Part shown: one piece after another, positions 56,008 to 64,000 of the stretch
Layout: every line of letters begins with the position of its first letter
Numbering within the stretch: position 1 is the first letter of the stretch
Assembly: GCA_963705205.1 (NCBI GenBank)
Contig: CAVPJG010000011.1
Span: 6,565-70,564, forward strand
DNA length: 64,000 bases
Reading direction: 5' to 3'
From: an uncultured Thermoleophilia bacterium
GTDB taxonomy: Bacteria > Actinomycetota > Thermoleophilia > UBA2241
Position numbers and translations under genes: made by a program
Notes under the pieces: model-generated
Told to the model about the DNA's origin: nothing
Database searches by the model: none
The model's input: the letters and a program-made list of their open reading frames with translations, nothing else

Positions 56008-57885
56008 CTACTTGACGCGCGTCAGCGCCGGGCTGTGCGCCCGCGCCGCGAGCGCGACCGCCTGCGGCGTGAGGCCGAGGTCCGCAAGGACGCGCGTCCG
56101 GTCGCCGTGCGGGACGAAAGCGTCCGGCAGCCCGAAGCGCACGACCTCCACGGCGCTCCCGACCGCCTCGAGCACCGCGCTGCCGAAGCCCCCGGCCAGC
56201 GCGTTCTCCTCAACGGTGACGAGCCGGCGGTGGCCGGCAGCGAGCCGCTCCAGCAGCTCCGTGTCCAGCGGCTTGACGAAGCGAGCGTCGACCACCGTCG
56301 GCGTGACACCCTCCACGCGCAGCAGCTCGGCCGCCTCGCGTGCGATGGCGACGCCGGTGCCCACGCCCACGAGCGCCACGTCGGCGCCCTCCTGGAGCAC
56401 CAGGGCGCGCCCTACCTCGAGTGGCATGATCTCTTCGAGCGGCGTGACCGGCGCCGCGAGGCCGCGCGGGTAGCGGAGCGCCGCCGGTCCGTCCAGCGAG
56501 AGCGCCGTGGCCAGCATGCGCTGGAGCTCCTCCTGGCTGGAGGGAGCCATCAGGGTCATGCCGGGGATGACGCGCAGGAAGGAGAGGTCGAAGGCGCCGT
56601 GGTGCGTGGGCCCGTCGTCGCCGACGAGCCCTGCCCTGTCGACGGCGAAGGTCACCGGCAGGCTCTGCAGCCCGATGTCCTGCACCAGCATGTCGAACGC
56701 CCGCTGCAGGAACGTCGAGTACACCGCCACGACCGGCCGCATGCCGCCGATGGCGAGGCCGGCGGCGAACACGGCGGCGTGCTCCTCCGCGATGCCGACG
56801 TCGTAGAACCGGTCGGGGAACCGCCGCTCGAACGCCTCGAGCCCCGTGCCCTGCGTCATCGCCGCCGTGATCGCCACGATCCGCTCGTCGCGTTCGGCCA
56901 GACGCACGAGCGCCTCGCCGAACGCGTCCGTGTACGTCGCGCCGACCGCTGCGGCCTTGCGCGCCCCGTTGCCGATGTGGAACGGCCCGGTCCCGTGATA
57001 GGTGTCGGGCCGGGCCTCCGCGGGTTCATAGCCCTTGCCCTTCACCGTCTTGACGTGGACGACGACGGGCCGGCGCGTGTCGATCGCCTGGCGGATGCTC
57101 TCGCGCAACGCATGCATGTCGTGGCCGTCGACCACGCCGATGTACGCGAAGCCCAGCTCCTCGAACAGCATGCCGGGCACGAGGAACGCCTTCATGGACT
57201 CCTTGACGTCCTTGCCCAGCCGGTATGCCTGACGGCCGATCGCCGGGATCTTGGCGACGCCCTGCTCCAGATCCTCGCGCAGCCGGGTCAGGGTCGGGTC
57301 GAGCCTGATGCGGTTGAGGTAGAGCTGCAGGGCGCCGACGTTGGCGCGGATGGACATCTCGTTGTCGTTGATGACGACGACGAGCGGTGTGTGCAGGTGG
57401 CCGGCCTGGTTGAGCGCTTCGAAGGCGACGCCGCCGGTGAGCGCGCCGTCGCCGAGCACGCAGACGACGTTGCCGCCGCCGTCACGCGCGATGCGCCCCG
57501 CCTCGACAAGCCCCAGCCCGTAGCTGATCGACGTCGAGGCGTGGCCGGTGCCGGCGACGTCGTGCGGCGACTCGGCCCGGTTCGGGAACCCGGAGAGCCC
57601 TCCGTACTGCCTGATCGTGCCGAATCCCTCGCGGCGGCCGGTGAGCAGCTTGTGCGCGTAGCACTGGTGCCCGACGTCCCAGACGATCCTGTCGCGCGGG
57701 CTCTCGAGCACGCTGTGCAGCGCGACCGTGAGTTCAACGGTGCCGAGGCTGGCGGCGAGGTGGCCGCCGGTCTCGCTGACGCACGAGAGGATGTTCTCGC
57801 GGACCTCGTCGGAGAGCAGCGTGAGTTCACGCTCGGAGAGTTGTCGGAGGTCGGCGGGGTCTGAGATCGTGTCCAGATACCGCAT
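56008..57885 (-). CDS. dxs: 1-deoxy-D-xylulose-5-phosphate synthase
   Basis: MRYLDTISDPADLRQLS..EL..L..E.R......VS.TGGHLA.SLG.VELTVALH.V......D.I.WDVGHQ.Y.HK.LTGR.., ..GDGALTGG.A.EALN. Confidence 0.96.
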   Translation of the reverse strand: MRYLDTISDPADLRQLSERELTLLSDEVRENILSCVSETGGHLAASLGTVELTVALHSVLESPRDRIVWDVGHQCYAHKLLTGRREGFGTIRQYGGLSGFPNRAESPHDVAGTGHASTSISYGLGLVEAGRIARDGGGNVVCVLGDGALTGGVAFEALNQAGHLHTPLVVVINDNEMSIRANVGALQLYLNRIRLDPTLTRLREDLEQGVAKIPAIGRQAYRLGKDVKESMKAFLVPGMLFEELGFAYIGVVDGHDMHALRESIRQAIDTRRPVVVHVKTVKGKGYEPAEARPDTYHGTGPFHIGNGARKAAAVGATYTDAFGEALVRLAERDERIVAITAAMTQGTGLEAFERRFPDRFYDVGIAEEHAAVFAAGLAIGGMRPVVAVYSTFLQRAFDMLVQDIGLQSLPVTFAVDRAGLVGDDGPTHHGAFDLSFLRVIPGMTLMAPSSQEELQRMLATALSLDGPAALRYPRGLAAPVTPLEEIMPLEVGRALVLQEGADVALVGVGTGVAIAREAAELLRVEGVTPTVVDARFVKPLDTELLERLAAGHRRLVTVEENALAGGFGSAVLEAVGSAVEVVRFGLPDAFVPHGDRTRVLADLGLTPQAVALAARAHSPALTRVK

Positions 57886-57894
57886 CGTCACCGG

Positions 57895-57903
57895 AGTATA
57901 GCA
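57895..57903 (-). promoter_or_regulatory. Extended -10 element TGCTATACT 9 nt upstream of the dxs ATG (predicts a leaderless or near-leaderless mRNA)
   Basis: The coding strand reads GGTGCTATACTCCGGTGACGATG. The identical 9-mer TGCTATACT is found at the pyrG candidate promoter. No SD fits between the -10 box and the ATG. Confidence 0.35.
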
Positions 57904-57976
57904 CCGGGCGCCCGCGGCTCCCCTACGGGCCGCCGCGGGCGGCTGCGCACCGTGCGAGCCCGCCGGCGCGGCGGCC

Positions 57977-58855
57977 TCAGCGCCGGCGGTCGTGGATGAA
58001 CCGGGTGACGGCGGCGAGGTCGGACGTGTCGCCCGGCAGCGCCGCGAGGAGATCCACCGCGCGGCGCTCCGCCTCGTCGGCGAGCTCCACCGCGCGGTCC
58101 ATGCCGAAGCGCGAGACGTAGGTGACCTTGGCGAGCGCGCGATCCTTGCCCACGCTCTTCCCCAGCTCGTCCTCGGCGCCCGTCTCGTCGAGGATGTCGT
58201 CGACGATCTGGAAGAGCAGCCCGAGCTCGGCGGCGTAGGCGCGGTACGGCGCCACATCCTCCGCGCCGCTGAGCAACGCTCCGCACACCACGGCGGCCTC
58301 GATCAGGCGCCCGGTCTTGAGCGCGTGCAGGGTGCGCAGGTCGTCGTCGTCCGCCGCCTCGCCGGCGACGTCCATGTACTGGCCGCCCACCATGCCCTGG
58401 ACACCGGTGGCCGCGGCGATCTCCGCGAGCGCGGCCAGGACCGCGGCGCACCCGCCCGACTGGCGCGTCAGCACCAGGTCGAAGGCCTCGGCGAAGAGGC
58501 CGTCGCCGGCCAGGATGGCCACGTCTTCCCCGAAGGCGACGTGGCAGGTGGCACGGCCCCGGCGCAGCGTGTCGTCGTCGATCGCCGGGAGGTCGTCGTG
58601 GATGAGCGAGTACGTGTGGATGAGCTCGAAGGCGGCGGCGGCGGGCAGGACCACGCGCGGATCGGCGCCGCGGCCCCGCGCCGTGGCCAGCGTGAGGACC
58701 GGCCTGATGCGCTTGCCGCCGGCCAGCAGCGAGTAGCGCATGGCCTCCGTGAGCCGCGCCGCGCGGCGGTCGGCGCTGAAGTCCAGCGCGGCCAGGTAGT
58801 CCTCGACGAGGGCCAGCAGGTCCGCCGGGTAGCCGGCTGTCCCGCCGGCGTTCAC
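57977..58855 (-). CDS. Polyprenyl diphosphate synthase (farnesyl/geranylgeranyl diphosphate synthase, trans-IPPS)
   Basis: FARM ..LIHTYSLIHDDLPAIDDD.LRRG.. and SARM ..LLFQIVDDILD.. motifs. Sits in the conserved xseB-ispA-dxs position. Confidence 0.92.
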   Translation of the reverse strand: MNAGGTAGYPADLLALVEDYLAALDFSADRRAARLTEAMRYSLLAGGKRIRPVLTLATARGRGADPRVVLPAAAAFELIHTYSLIHDDLPAIDDDTLRRGRATCHVAFGEDVAILAGDGLFAEAFDLVLTRQSGGCAAVLAALAEIAAATGVQGMVGGQYMDVAGEAADDDDLRTLHALKTGRLIEAAVVCGALLSGAEDVAPYRAYAAELGLLFQIVDDILDETGAEDELGKSVGKDRALAKVTYVSRFGMDRAVELADEAERRAVDLLAALPGDTSDLAAVTRFIHDRRR

Positions 58856-58865
58856 CCTCGCGTCC

Positions 58866-59075
58866 TCACCCGGCGACGCGACCGAGCTCCTCCAGGAGCC
58901 GGCCCGCCTCTTCGACCTGCTCGGTGGCGCGCTCGAGGAGCGTCATCTCCACCTCGGCAGACGACGACGCGGCGAGCCGGGGCTCGAGCTCCTCGAGCTG
59001 GCTCAGGATCTCCTCGAGCCGGGTCAGCGCCTGCGCGCGCGTCGTGCCCGCCCCGCTCCGCGCGTCGTCAGCCAT
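58866..59075 (-). CDS. xseB: Probable exodeoxyribonuclease VII small subunit
   Basis: 69-aa helical protein (..RAQALTRLEEILSQLEE..). It occupies the canonical slot between nusB and the prenyl synthase, dxs (xseB-ispA-dxs in E. coli, nusB..xseA-xseB-ispA-dxs in Bacillus). Sequence similarity is weak by eye. Confidence 0.5.
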   Translation of the reverse strand: MADDARSGAGTTRAQALTRLEEILSQLEELEPRLAASSSAEVEMTLLERATEQVEEAGRLLEELGRVAG

Positions 59076-59508
59076 CGTCTCCCCCCTCCTGCTCCGCCTC
59101 GTCCTGCTCCGCGCGCACGATCCCGCCGAGCACGCCGTTGACGAACGCGCCGGCCTCGTCGGTGGAGTACCGCTTGGTGAGGCGCACGGCCTCGTCGATG
59201 GCCACCTCGGGCGGCGTCACTTCGGTACGGATCTCCCACACGGCCAGCCGCAGGATGCTGCGCTCCAGGGGAGCGATGCGGTCGAGAGGCCAGTCCCGCG
59301 CGTGGGCCTGGAGCACGACATCGAGCTCGTCCCGCGTCTTGAGCACGCCAGCGACGGCCTTGACGGTGAACTCGTCCGGCGCGTAGCCCTCGCGCAGCCG
59401 CAAACCCTCGACGAGCTCCGCCGTGGAGAGGTCCGTGACCTCGGTCTGATACAGGAGGAACACGGCGTCACGACGCGCCTGCTTGCGACTCGGACCGACC
59501 GTGGGCAC
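59068..59508 (-). CDS. nusB: Transcription antitermination factor NusB
   Basis: ..R..AR..A...LYQ......, ..W...R....ER.ILRLA..E........P..V.I.EAV.L.K.Y......FVNGVL. Confidence 0.92.
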   Translation of the reverse strand: MPTVGPSRKQARRDAVFLLYQTEVTDLSTAELVEGLRLREGYAPDEFTVKAVAGVLKTRDELDVVLQAHARDWPLDRIAPLERSILRLAVWEIRTEVTPPEVAIDEAVRLTKRYSTDEAGAFVNGVLGGIVRAEQDEAEQEGGDDG

Positions 59509-59530
59509 GCTGCGTCGCCTGCTCCCCCGC

Positions 59531-61369
59531 TCAGGCGGGTTCGATGGCGAAGAGCGGCTGTCCGTACTGCACGGTCTCGCCGTTCTCGACGAGGATCTCG
59601 CGGACCACGCCGGCGACGTCCGCGGTGAGCTCGTTCATCATCTTCATCATCTCGAGGATGCAGAGCGTCTGTCCGGCCTCGACCTCGTCGCCGACCTCGA
59701 CGAACGCCGGCGCCTGCGGCGTGGGCGAGCGATAGAACGTGGCGACCCATTTGGACTTGACGAAGTGGAAGCCGTTCGTGCCCTCGTCCACGCCCGCGGC
59801 GGCGACCGGAGCCGCTGCCTGCACGGCCGCCGGCGGGGCGACCGCGGGCTCGACCCCGGCCTTGCGCACCGTGATCTTGAGGTCTCCCTCCTCGATCACC
59901 ACTTCGTCGACCTCGCTCTCCTCGATCATCCCGAGGATGTCCTTGACGCGGTCTGCGCTCTGCTCGAGCAGGTCGGCGCCCACCTGCGAGCTGAGGTAGC
60001 GGTCGTGCACGCCGAACACATCCGACTCGGGGCCGATGTGATGGCGCTCCAGGTACACGCGGGCGGTCTGCGGGAAGAGCGCGTAGCTGAGCAGGTCCTC
60101 TTCGGAGCGCGCCAGCTCGCCGATCTCGGCGCGGTAGTCCTCGAGCGTCTCGTCGACGAGGTCCGCGGGGCGCACGCCGATGGGCTCTTCGCCCTCCAGG
60201 ACGCGCAGGAGCACCTCGCGCGAGACGGGTCCCGGGGCGGCCCCGTACTTGCCGCGCAGGTACTGCTTCATCTCGTCGGGCACGATGTGCCAGCGGCGCC
60301 CGGACAGCACGTTGAGCACCGCCTGCGTGCCGACGATCTGGCTCATCGGCGTCACCAGCGGCGGGAAGCCGATCTCGGCGCGCACGATGGGGATCTCCTC
60401 CAGGACCTCGGGCAGCCGGTCGAGCGCACTCTGCTCCTTGAGCTGACTCTCGAGGTTGCTGATCATGCCTCCCGGCACCTGGTGCGAGTACACCTGCATG
60501 TGCGTGAGCGAGGTGACGCCGCGGTCCCAGCCGCCCTCCTGGCGGACCTTCTCGAAGTACTTGGCCATCTCGAAGAGCTTCTCGAGGTCCAGCCCGCTGT
60601 CGTAGGGCGTGCCGGTGAGGGCCGAGACGACCATCTCGGTGGCCGGCTGCGAGTTGCCGAAGGCCAACGGCACGGTGGCCGTGTCGATGACGTCCACCCC
60701 GGCCTCGATCGCCTTGAGGTAGGTCATGGGGGCGAGGCCGCCGATGTAGTGGCAGTGCAGCTGGATGGGCACGGAGAGCTCGGCCTTGAGGCGGCCGACG
60801 AGCTGCTCGGCGTAGAACGGCGAGAGCAGCGCCGCCATGTCCTTGATGCAGATGGAGTCGGCGCCCATGTCGACGAGCCGGTGGGCGTGGTCCATGTAGT
60901 GGTCGAGCGAGTGCACCGGCGAGATGGTGTACACGACGGCGCCCTGGAAGTGCTTGCCGGTCTCCTTGATGGCGGCGGCGGCCGTCTCGTAGTTGCGGAT
61001 GTCGTTGAGCGCGTCGAAGACGCGGAAGACGTCCATCCCGTTCTCCGCCGCCTTGTACACGAACCGGCGCACGATGTCGTCGCCGTAGTGCCGGTAGCCA
61101 ACGATGTTCTGGCCACGCAGGAGCATCTGCAGGGGCGTGCGCACGACGTGCTTCTTGATGAGCCGGAGGCGCTCCCAGGGATCCTCGTCGAGGAACCGCA
61201 AGGACGCGTCGAAGGTGGCCCCGCCCCAGCACTCGAGCGAGCGGAAGCCGATCGAATCCATGAGCTCGAGGACCGGGATCATCTCGTGGGTGTGCATGCG
61301 CGTGGCCCACAGCGACTGGTGGCCGTCGCGCAGCGTGGTGTCGGTGATGCCTACCTGACGCGCTCGCAT
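59531..61369 (-). CDS. Carboxyltransferase 5S subunit (oxaloacetate decarboxylase alpha / pyruvate carboxylase B-like) fused to a complete AccB-like biotin carboxyl carrier module
   Basis: The N-terminus has ITDTTLRDGHQSL.ATRM....M........D..GF.S.E.WGGATFD...RFL.EDPWERL... (HMGL-like TIM barrel). After a Pro/Ala linker, the C-terminus has ..V.S..V.TFYRSP.P.AP.FVEVGD.V..GQTLCILEMMKMMNE..AD..G.V..ILVENG..V.YGQPLF.IE. Confidence 0.88.
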   Translation of the reverse strand: MRARQVGITDTTLRDGHQSLWATRMHTHEMIPVLELMDSIGFRSLECWGGATFDASLRFLDEDPWERLRLIKKHVVRTPLQMLLRGQNIVGYRHYGDDIVRRFVYKAAENGMDVFRVFDALNDIRNYETAAAAIKETGKHFQGAVVYTISPVHSLDHYMDHAHRLVDMGADSICIKDMAALLSPFYAEQLVGRLKAELSVPIQLHCHYIGGLAPMTYLKAIEAGVDVIDTATVPLAFGNSQPATEMVVSALTGTPYDSGLDLEKLFEMAKYFEKVRQEGGWDRGVTSLTHMQVYSHQVPGGMISNLESQLKEQSALDRLPEVLEEIPIVRAEIGFPPLVTPMSQIVGTQAVLNVLSGRRWHIVPDEMKQYLRGKYGAAPGPVSREVLLRVLEGEEPIGVRPADLVDETLEDYRAEIGELARSEEDLLSYALFPQTARVYLERHHIGPESDVFGVHDRYLSSQVGADLLEQSADRVKDILGMIEESEVDEVVIEEGDLKITVRKAGVEPAVAPPAAVQAAAPVAAAGVDEGTNGFHFVKSKWVATFYRSPTPQAPAFVEVGDEVEAGQTLCILEMMKMMNELTADVAGVVREILVENGETVQYGQPLFAIEPA

Positions 61370-61390
61370 GTGCTCTCCTGCCCCGAGCGC

Positions 61391-61957
61391 TCAGGCGCGC
61401 CCGAGGTACTCCCCGCTGCGGGTGTCGACCTTGACCTTCTCGCCCTCTTCGATGAAGAGCGGCACCTGGATGGTGGCGCCGGATTCGAGGGTGGCGGGCT
61501 TGGTGGCGCCCTGGGCGGTGTTGCCCTGCACGCCGGGATCGGACTTGGTGATGGTGAGCTCGACGAAGTTCGGCGCGTCGACCTCGAACGGCACGCCGTT
61601 GAGGTACATGATCTCGACCTCCATGTTCTCGACGACCCACTTCAGGGCGCCCTCCGCCATGGAGGGCGAGACCGAGACCTGCTCGTAGGTCTCGTTGTCC
61701 ATGAGCACGACCTCTTCGTCGGTCGCGTACAGGAAGGCCATCTTGCGCGACTGGGTGTGCATGCGGTCGAACTTCTCGCCGGCGCGGAAGGTCTTGTCGA
61801 GCACCGCGCCGGTGGCGATGTTGCGGACCTTGGTACGCACGAACGCCCCGCCCTTGCCGGGCTTGACGTGCTGGAACTCGACGATGGTGAACGGCTGGCC
61901 GTCGATCTCGATGGCCATGCCGGTCTTGAACTGGTTGGTGTTGACGACGTCTGCCAT
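61391..61957 (-). CDS. efp: Translation elongation factor P
   Basis: MADVVNTNQFKTGMAIEIDGQPFTIVEFQHVKPGKGGAFVRTKVRNI.TG......FRAGEK. Confidence 0.97.
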   Translation of the reverse strand: MADVVNTNQFKTGMAIEIDGQPFTIVEFQHVKPGKGGAFVRTKVRNIATGAVLDKTFRAGEKFDRMHTQSRKMAFLYATDEEVVLMDNETYEQVSVSPSMAEGALKWVVENMEVEIMYLNGVPFEVDAPNFVELTITKSDPGVQGNTAQGATKPATLESGATIQVPLFIEEGEKVKVDTRSGEYLGRA

Positions 61958-62005
61958 GGGTCCTACTCAGGGGTCGAGGGGGCTGGTCTGCGCACGTGGT
62001 AGGCC

Positions 62006-62034
62006 ATGATACCGCAAGGCTGCCCGGGTGTGCA
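62006..62034 (-). promoter_or_regulatory. Candidate promoter for efp (TGCACA-N17-TATCAT)
   Basis: Hexamers with 17-nt spacing lie in the 93-nt pepP-efp spacer, about 48 nt upstream of the efp ATG. Confidence 0.35.
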
Positions 62035-62050
62035 GGCACGTCCGCGCGCC

Positions 62051-63130
62051 TCAGTCGACCACCTGCAGCTCCTTGGGCGAGGTCGTGAGGCGTTCGCAGC
62101 CGTCCGGCGTCACGAGGACGGTGTCTTCGATGCGTACGCCGGCGAGGCCTTCGACGTAGATGCCCGGCTCGACGGTGCACACCATGCCGGCCTCGAGCCG
62201 ATCGCCACGCACGCGGCCAAGCGCGGGGGTCTCGTGGACCTCGAGCCCGACGCCGTGCCCGGTGCCGTGGCCGAAGCGCTCACCGTATCCCGCGTCGTCG
62301 ATCACCTGCCGGGCGGACGCGTCCACGTCAGCCCGGCCGTCGGCCCCGGCGCGCACGGCGGCGAGGCCGGCGAGCTGCGCCGCGAGGACGGTATCGTACA
62401 CGCGGCGCAGCTCGTCCGCCGGCTCTCCGGCGGCGTAGGTGCGCGTGATGTCGCTGCAGTAGCCGTCCACGCGCGCGCCGGTGTCGATCACCACCAGCTC
62501 ACCGACGCGGATGACGCGCTCTCCCGGCAACGCGTGCGCCTGGGCGCCGTGGTCGCCGGCGGCGACGATCGCGCCGAACGCCTCGCCCTCCGCGCCCAGG
62601 CGGTGGTACTCCGCCTGGAGGTCCCAGGCCACGTCCCGTTCCTTGCGGCCGACGAGGCCGCGCGCCACGACCAGGCGGAGCCCCTCGTCCGTCACCGCGG
62701 CCGCGCGCCGCATGGTCTCGATCTCGGAGGCGTCCTTGACCGCACGCAGCGACGTGACGTGCTGGCGCACGTCGCGCAGCGGTCCGCTGTGGAGGCGACG
62801 CAGCCGGCGATACGAGGCGTGGCTGAGCTGGCTCCCCTGATACCCGACGCGAGCGCCGGCGCCCAGGACTCGCGCGGCTTCTCGCACGCTGTGGGCGAGC
62901 AGCGGCTCCGCCGTCACCTTGCTGAGCTCGAAGTCACGCACCTCCTCGTGCACCTGCCCCCAGAAGCGCGCGTCGGTGCAGAGCAGCGCCGCGCCATGCC
63001 CAACGACGAGCGTCGCGTCCTCCCCGCGGAACCCCGAGAAGTAGCGCACGTCGACGGGGTCCGTGACGACCACACCGTCGACGCGCAGCCCGTCCAGACG
63101 GGCGCGCAACCGGTCGAGCCGCCGCGTCAT
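62051..63130 (-). CDS. Xaa-Pro aminopeptidase (M24B family)
   Basis: ..VV.D.GA...GY.SD.TRT...G.., ..GHG.GH.VGLEVHE.P.., ..G.V.TVEPG.Y..G..GVRIED.V.VT. Conserved neighbour of efp. The ATG overlaps the aroQ stop (ATGA). Confidence 0.9.
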   Translation of the reverse strand: MTRRLDRLRARLDGLRVDGVVVTDPVDVRYFSGFRGEDATLVVGHGAALLCTDARFWGQVHEEVRDFELSKVTAEPLLAHSVREAARVLGAGARVGYQGSQLSHASYRRLRRLHSGPLRDVRQHVTSLRAVKDASEIETMRRAAAVTDEGLRLVVARGLVGRKERDVAWDLQAEYHRLGAEGEAFGAIVAAGDHGAQAHALPGERVIRVGELVVIDTGARVDGYCSDITRTYAAGEPADELRRVYDTVLAAQLAGLAAVRAGADGRADVDASARQVIDDAGYGERFGHGTGHGVGLEVHETPALGRVRGDRLEAGMVCTVEPGIYVEGLAGVRIEDTVLVTPDGCERLTTSPKELQVVD

Positions 63131-63594
63131 GGCTGCGTCCTGCCCTCAACGAGCTTCGCCAAGGCCTCAAGGGCCTCGGCGTACCCGGCCGCGCCCTTGC
63201 CGCGCACGCGCACGTCGACGACATCGGCGATCACCGAGACGCGCCGCCACTGCTCCCGGCTCTCGATGTCGGAGAGATGCACCTCGGCGACCGGCGCCTC
63301 GACCAGCTCGAGCGCATCGTGCAAGGCGTAGCTGTAGTGCGTCCAGGCGCCGGGGTTGATGATGGCGGCGTCCGCACCGTCGATCGTCAACTGGTGCAGC
63401 TTCTCGACGAACTCGCCTTCATGGTTGGTGTGGAAGCTGCGCACCGTGAACCCGAGCGCCTCGCCGTGCCTCGCCACGTAAGCCTCGAGCTCCGCAAGCG
63501 TCATGCTGCCGTACACCGACGGGTCGCGACGGCCGAGCATGTCGAGGTTCACCCCGTGCAGGAGCCAGAGGGTCTTCAGCGCTTTCGCAGCCAT
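63127..63594 (-). CDS. aroQ: 3-dehydroquinate dehydratase, type II
   Basis: ..LLHGVNLDMLG.R.P..YG..TL..........A...G........NHEGE...KLH........IINPGAWTHYSYAL.DAL. Confidence 0.94.
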   Translation of the reverse strand: MAAKALKTLWLLHGVNLDMLGRRDPSVYGSMTLAELEAYVARHGEALGFTVRSFHTNHEGEFVEKLHQLTIDGADAAIINPGAWTHYSYALHDALELVEAPVAEVHLSDIESREQWRRVSVIADVVDVRVRGKGAAGYAEALEALAKLVEGRTQP

Positions 63595-64000
63595 TCCACC
63601 ACCTCCAGTTCGAGCTCCGGCGGGACGCGCACCCCGATGACGGGAAAGCCGGGACGGCGCAGCAGGACATACCCCACGCCGTCCTGCCCGGCCTTCTTGT
63701 CGCGGACGATGAGGTCGCAGACGTCCTGCGCGCGCACGCCGGTCAGGCGCGCAGGAAGGCCGAGGGAGTCGAGCAACTCGTGGGCCTCCTGCTCGTCCGC
63801 CTCGGGCAGGCCGGCCAGCTCGCCGGAGATCCGCAGCGCCGCGTGCAGGCCGAGGGCGACCGCCTCGCCGTGCGAGAAGCGCCGGAACGCCGTCGCCGCC
63901 TCGATGGCGTGGCCGATGGTGTGGCCGAAGTTGAGGACGGCGCGCAGGCCGGCCTCGCGTTCGTCGCGCTCCACGACGCCGGCCTTGTACTGGATGGACC
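63576..64000 (-). CDS. aroB: 3-dehydroquinate synthase (3' portion; 5' end beyond window)
   Basis: ..ER.....R..LNFGHT.GHAIE.......HGEAVA.G...A..., the C-terminal part of the AroB fold. The ORF is open to the window edge. Confidence 0.88.
   Translation of the reverse strand, partial: SIQYKAGVVERDEREAGLRAVLNFGHTIGHAIEAATAFRRFSHGEAVALGLHAALRISGELAGLPEADEQEAHELLDSLGLPARLTGVRAQDVCDLIVRDKKAGQDGVGYVLLRRPGFPVIGVRVPPELELEVVEWLRKR

Noticed and set aside
59217-62180. 987-aa minus-strand ORF
   Set aside because: It has Arg/Pro/Gly-rich composition and lies out of frame over the carboxyltransferase, efp and pepP genes, which have clear homology in other frames.

Overview
Very GC-rich bacterial chromosome segment (GC estimated by eye, not computed). 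Almost every real gene lies on the minus strand, in tight and often stop/start-overlapping operons. Most of the window is conserved housekeeping synteny, read here from high to low coordinates. It runs aroB-aroQ-pepP-efp, nusB-xseB-ids-dxs-tlyA-nadK-recN, pyrG, xerD and deoB-punA-pdp. It continues with rsmD-coaD, yceD-rpmF-plsX-acpP-rnc-smc-ftsY-ffh and rpsP-KH-rimM-trmD-rplS-lepB-lepB-rnhB-yraN-comM-dprA-xerC-fliA. It ends with rpsB-tsf-pyrH-frr-uppS-cdsA, then dxr-rseP and ispG. This order mixes actinobacterial and Firmicutes-like features, which suggests a deep-branching high-GC Gram-positive lineage such as Thermoleophilia or Rubrobacteria. That placement is inference only. Three accessory insertions interrupt the block. 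(i) A CDP-3,6-dideoxyhexose module (rfbF-rfbG-rfbH plus an FNR-like reductase) sits between cdsA and dxr, with a large polytopic membrane protein and a CelD-like acyltransferase. (ii) An SDR epimerase/dehydratase sits between rseP and ispG. (iii) At the left edge there are three tandem AsnB-like PP-loop paralogs lacking the Cys nucleophile, a 5' remnant of a fourth copy, and a convergent ATP-grasp ligase. The most unusual signal is a family of short intercistronic repeats (lepB-rnhB, rsmD-coaD, rpmF-DRTGG gene, KH gene-rimM). They tile the spacers as mini-ORFs whose starts and stops overlap the flanking genes, resembling mycobacterial MIRUs. Second, at least 15 frame disruptions and one in-frame stop are confined to six genes between about 6 and 22 kb (ispG, epimerase, dxr, reductase, rfbG, rpsB tail). 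More than 40 genes in the remaining 42 kb are clean. This is either patchy assembly error or real gene decay. No rRNA, tRNA, CRISPR array or transposase was recognised. The many long plus-strand ORFs in the track are antisense artefacts of high GC.
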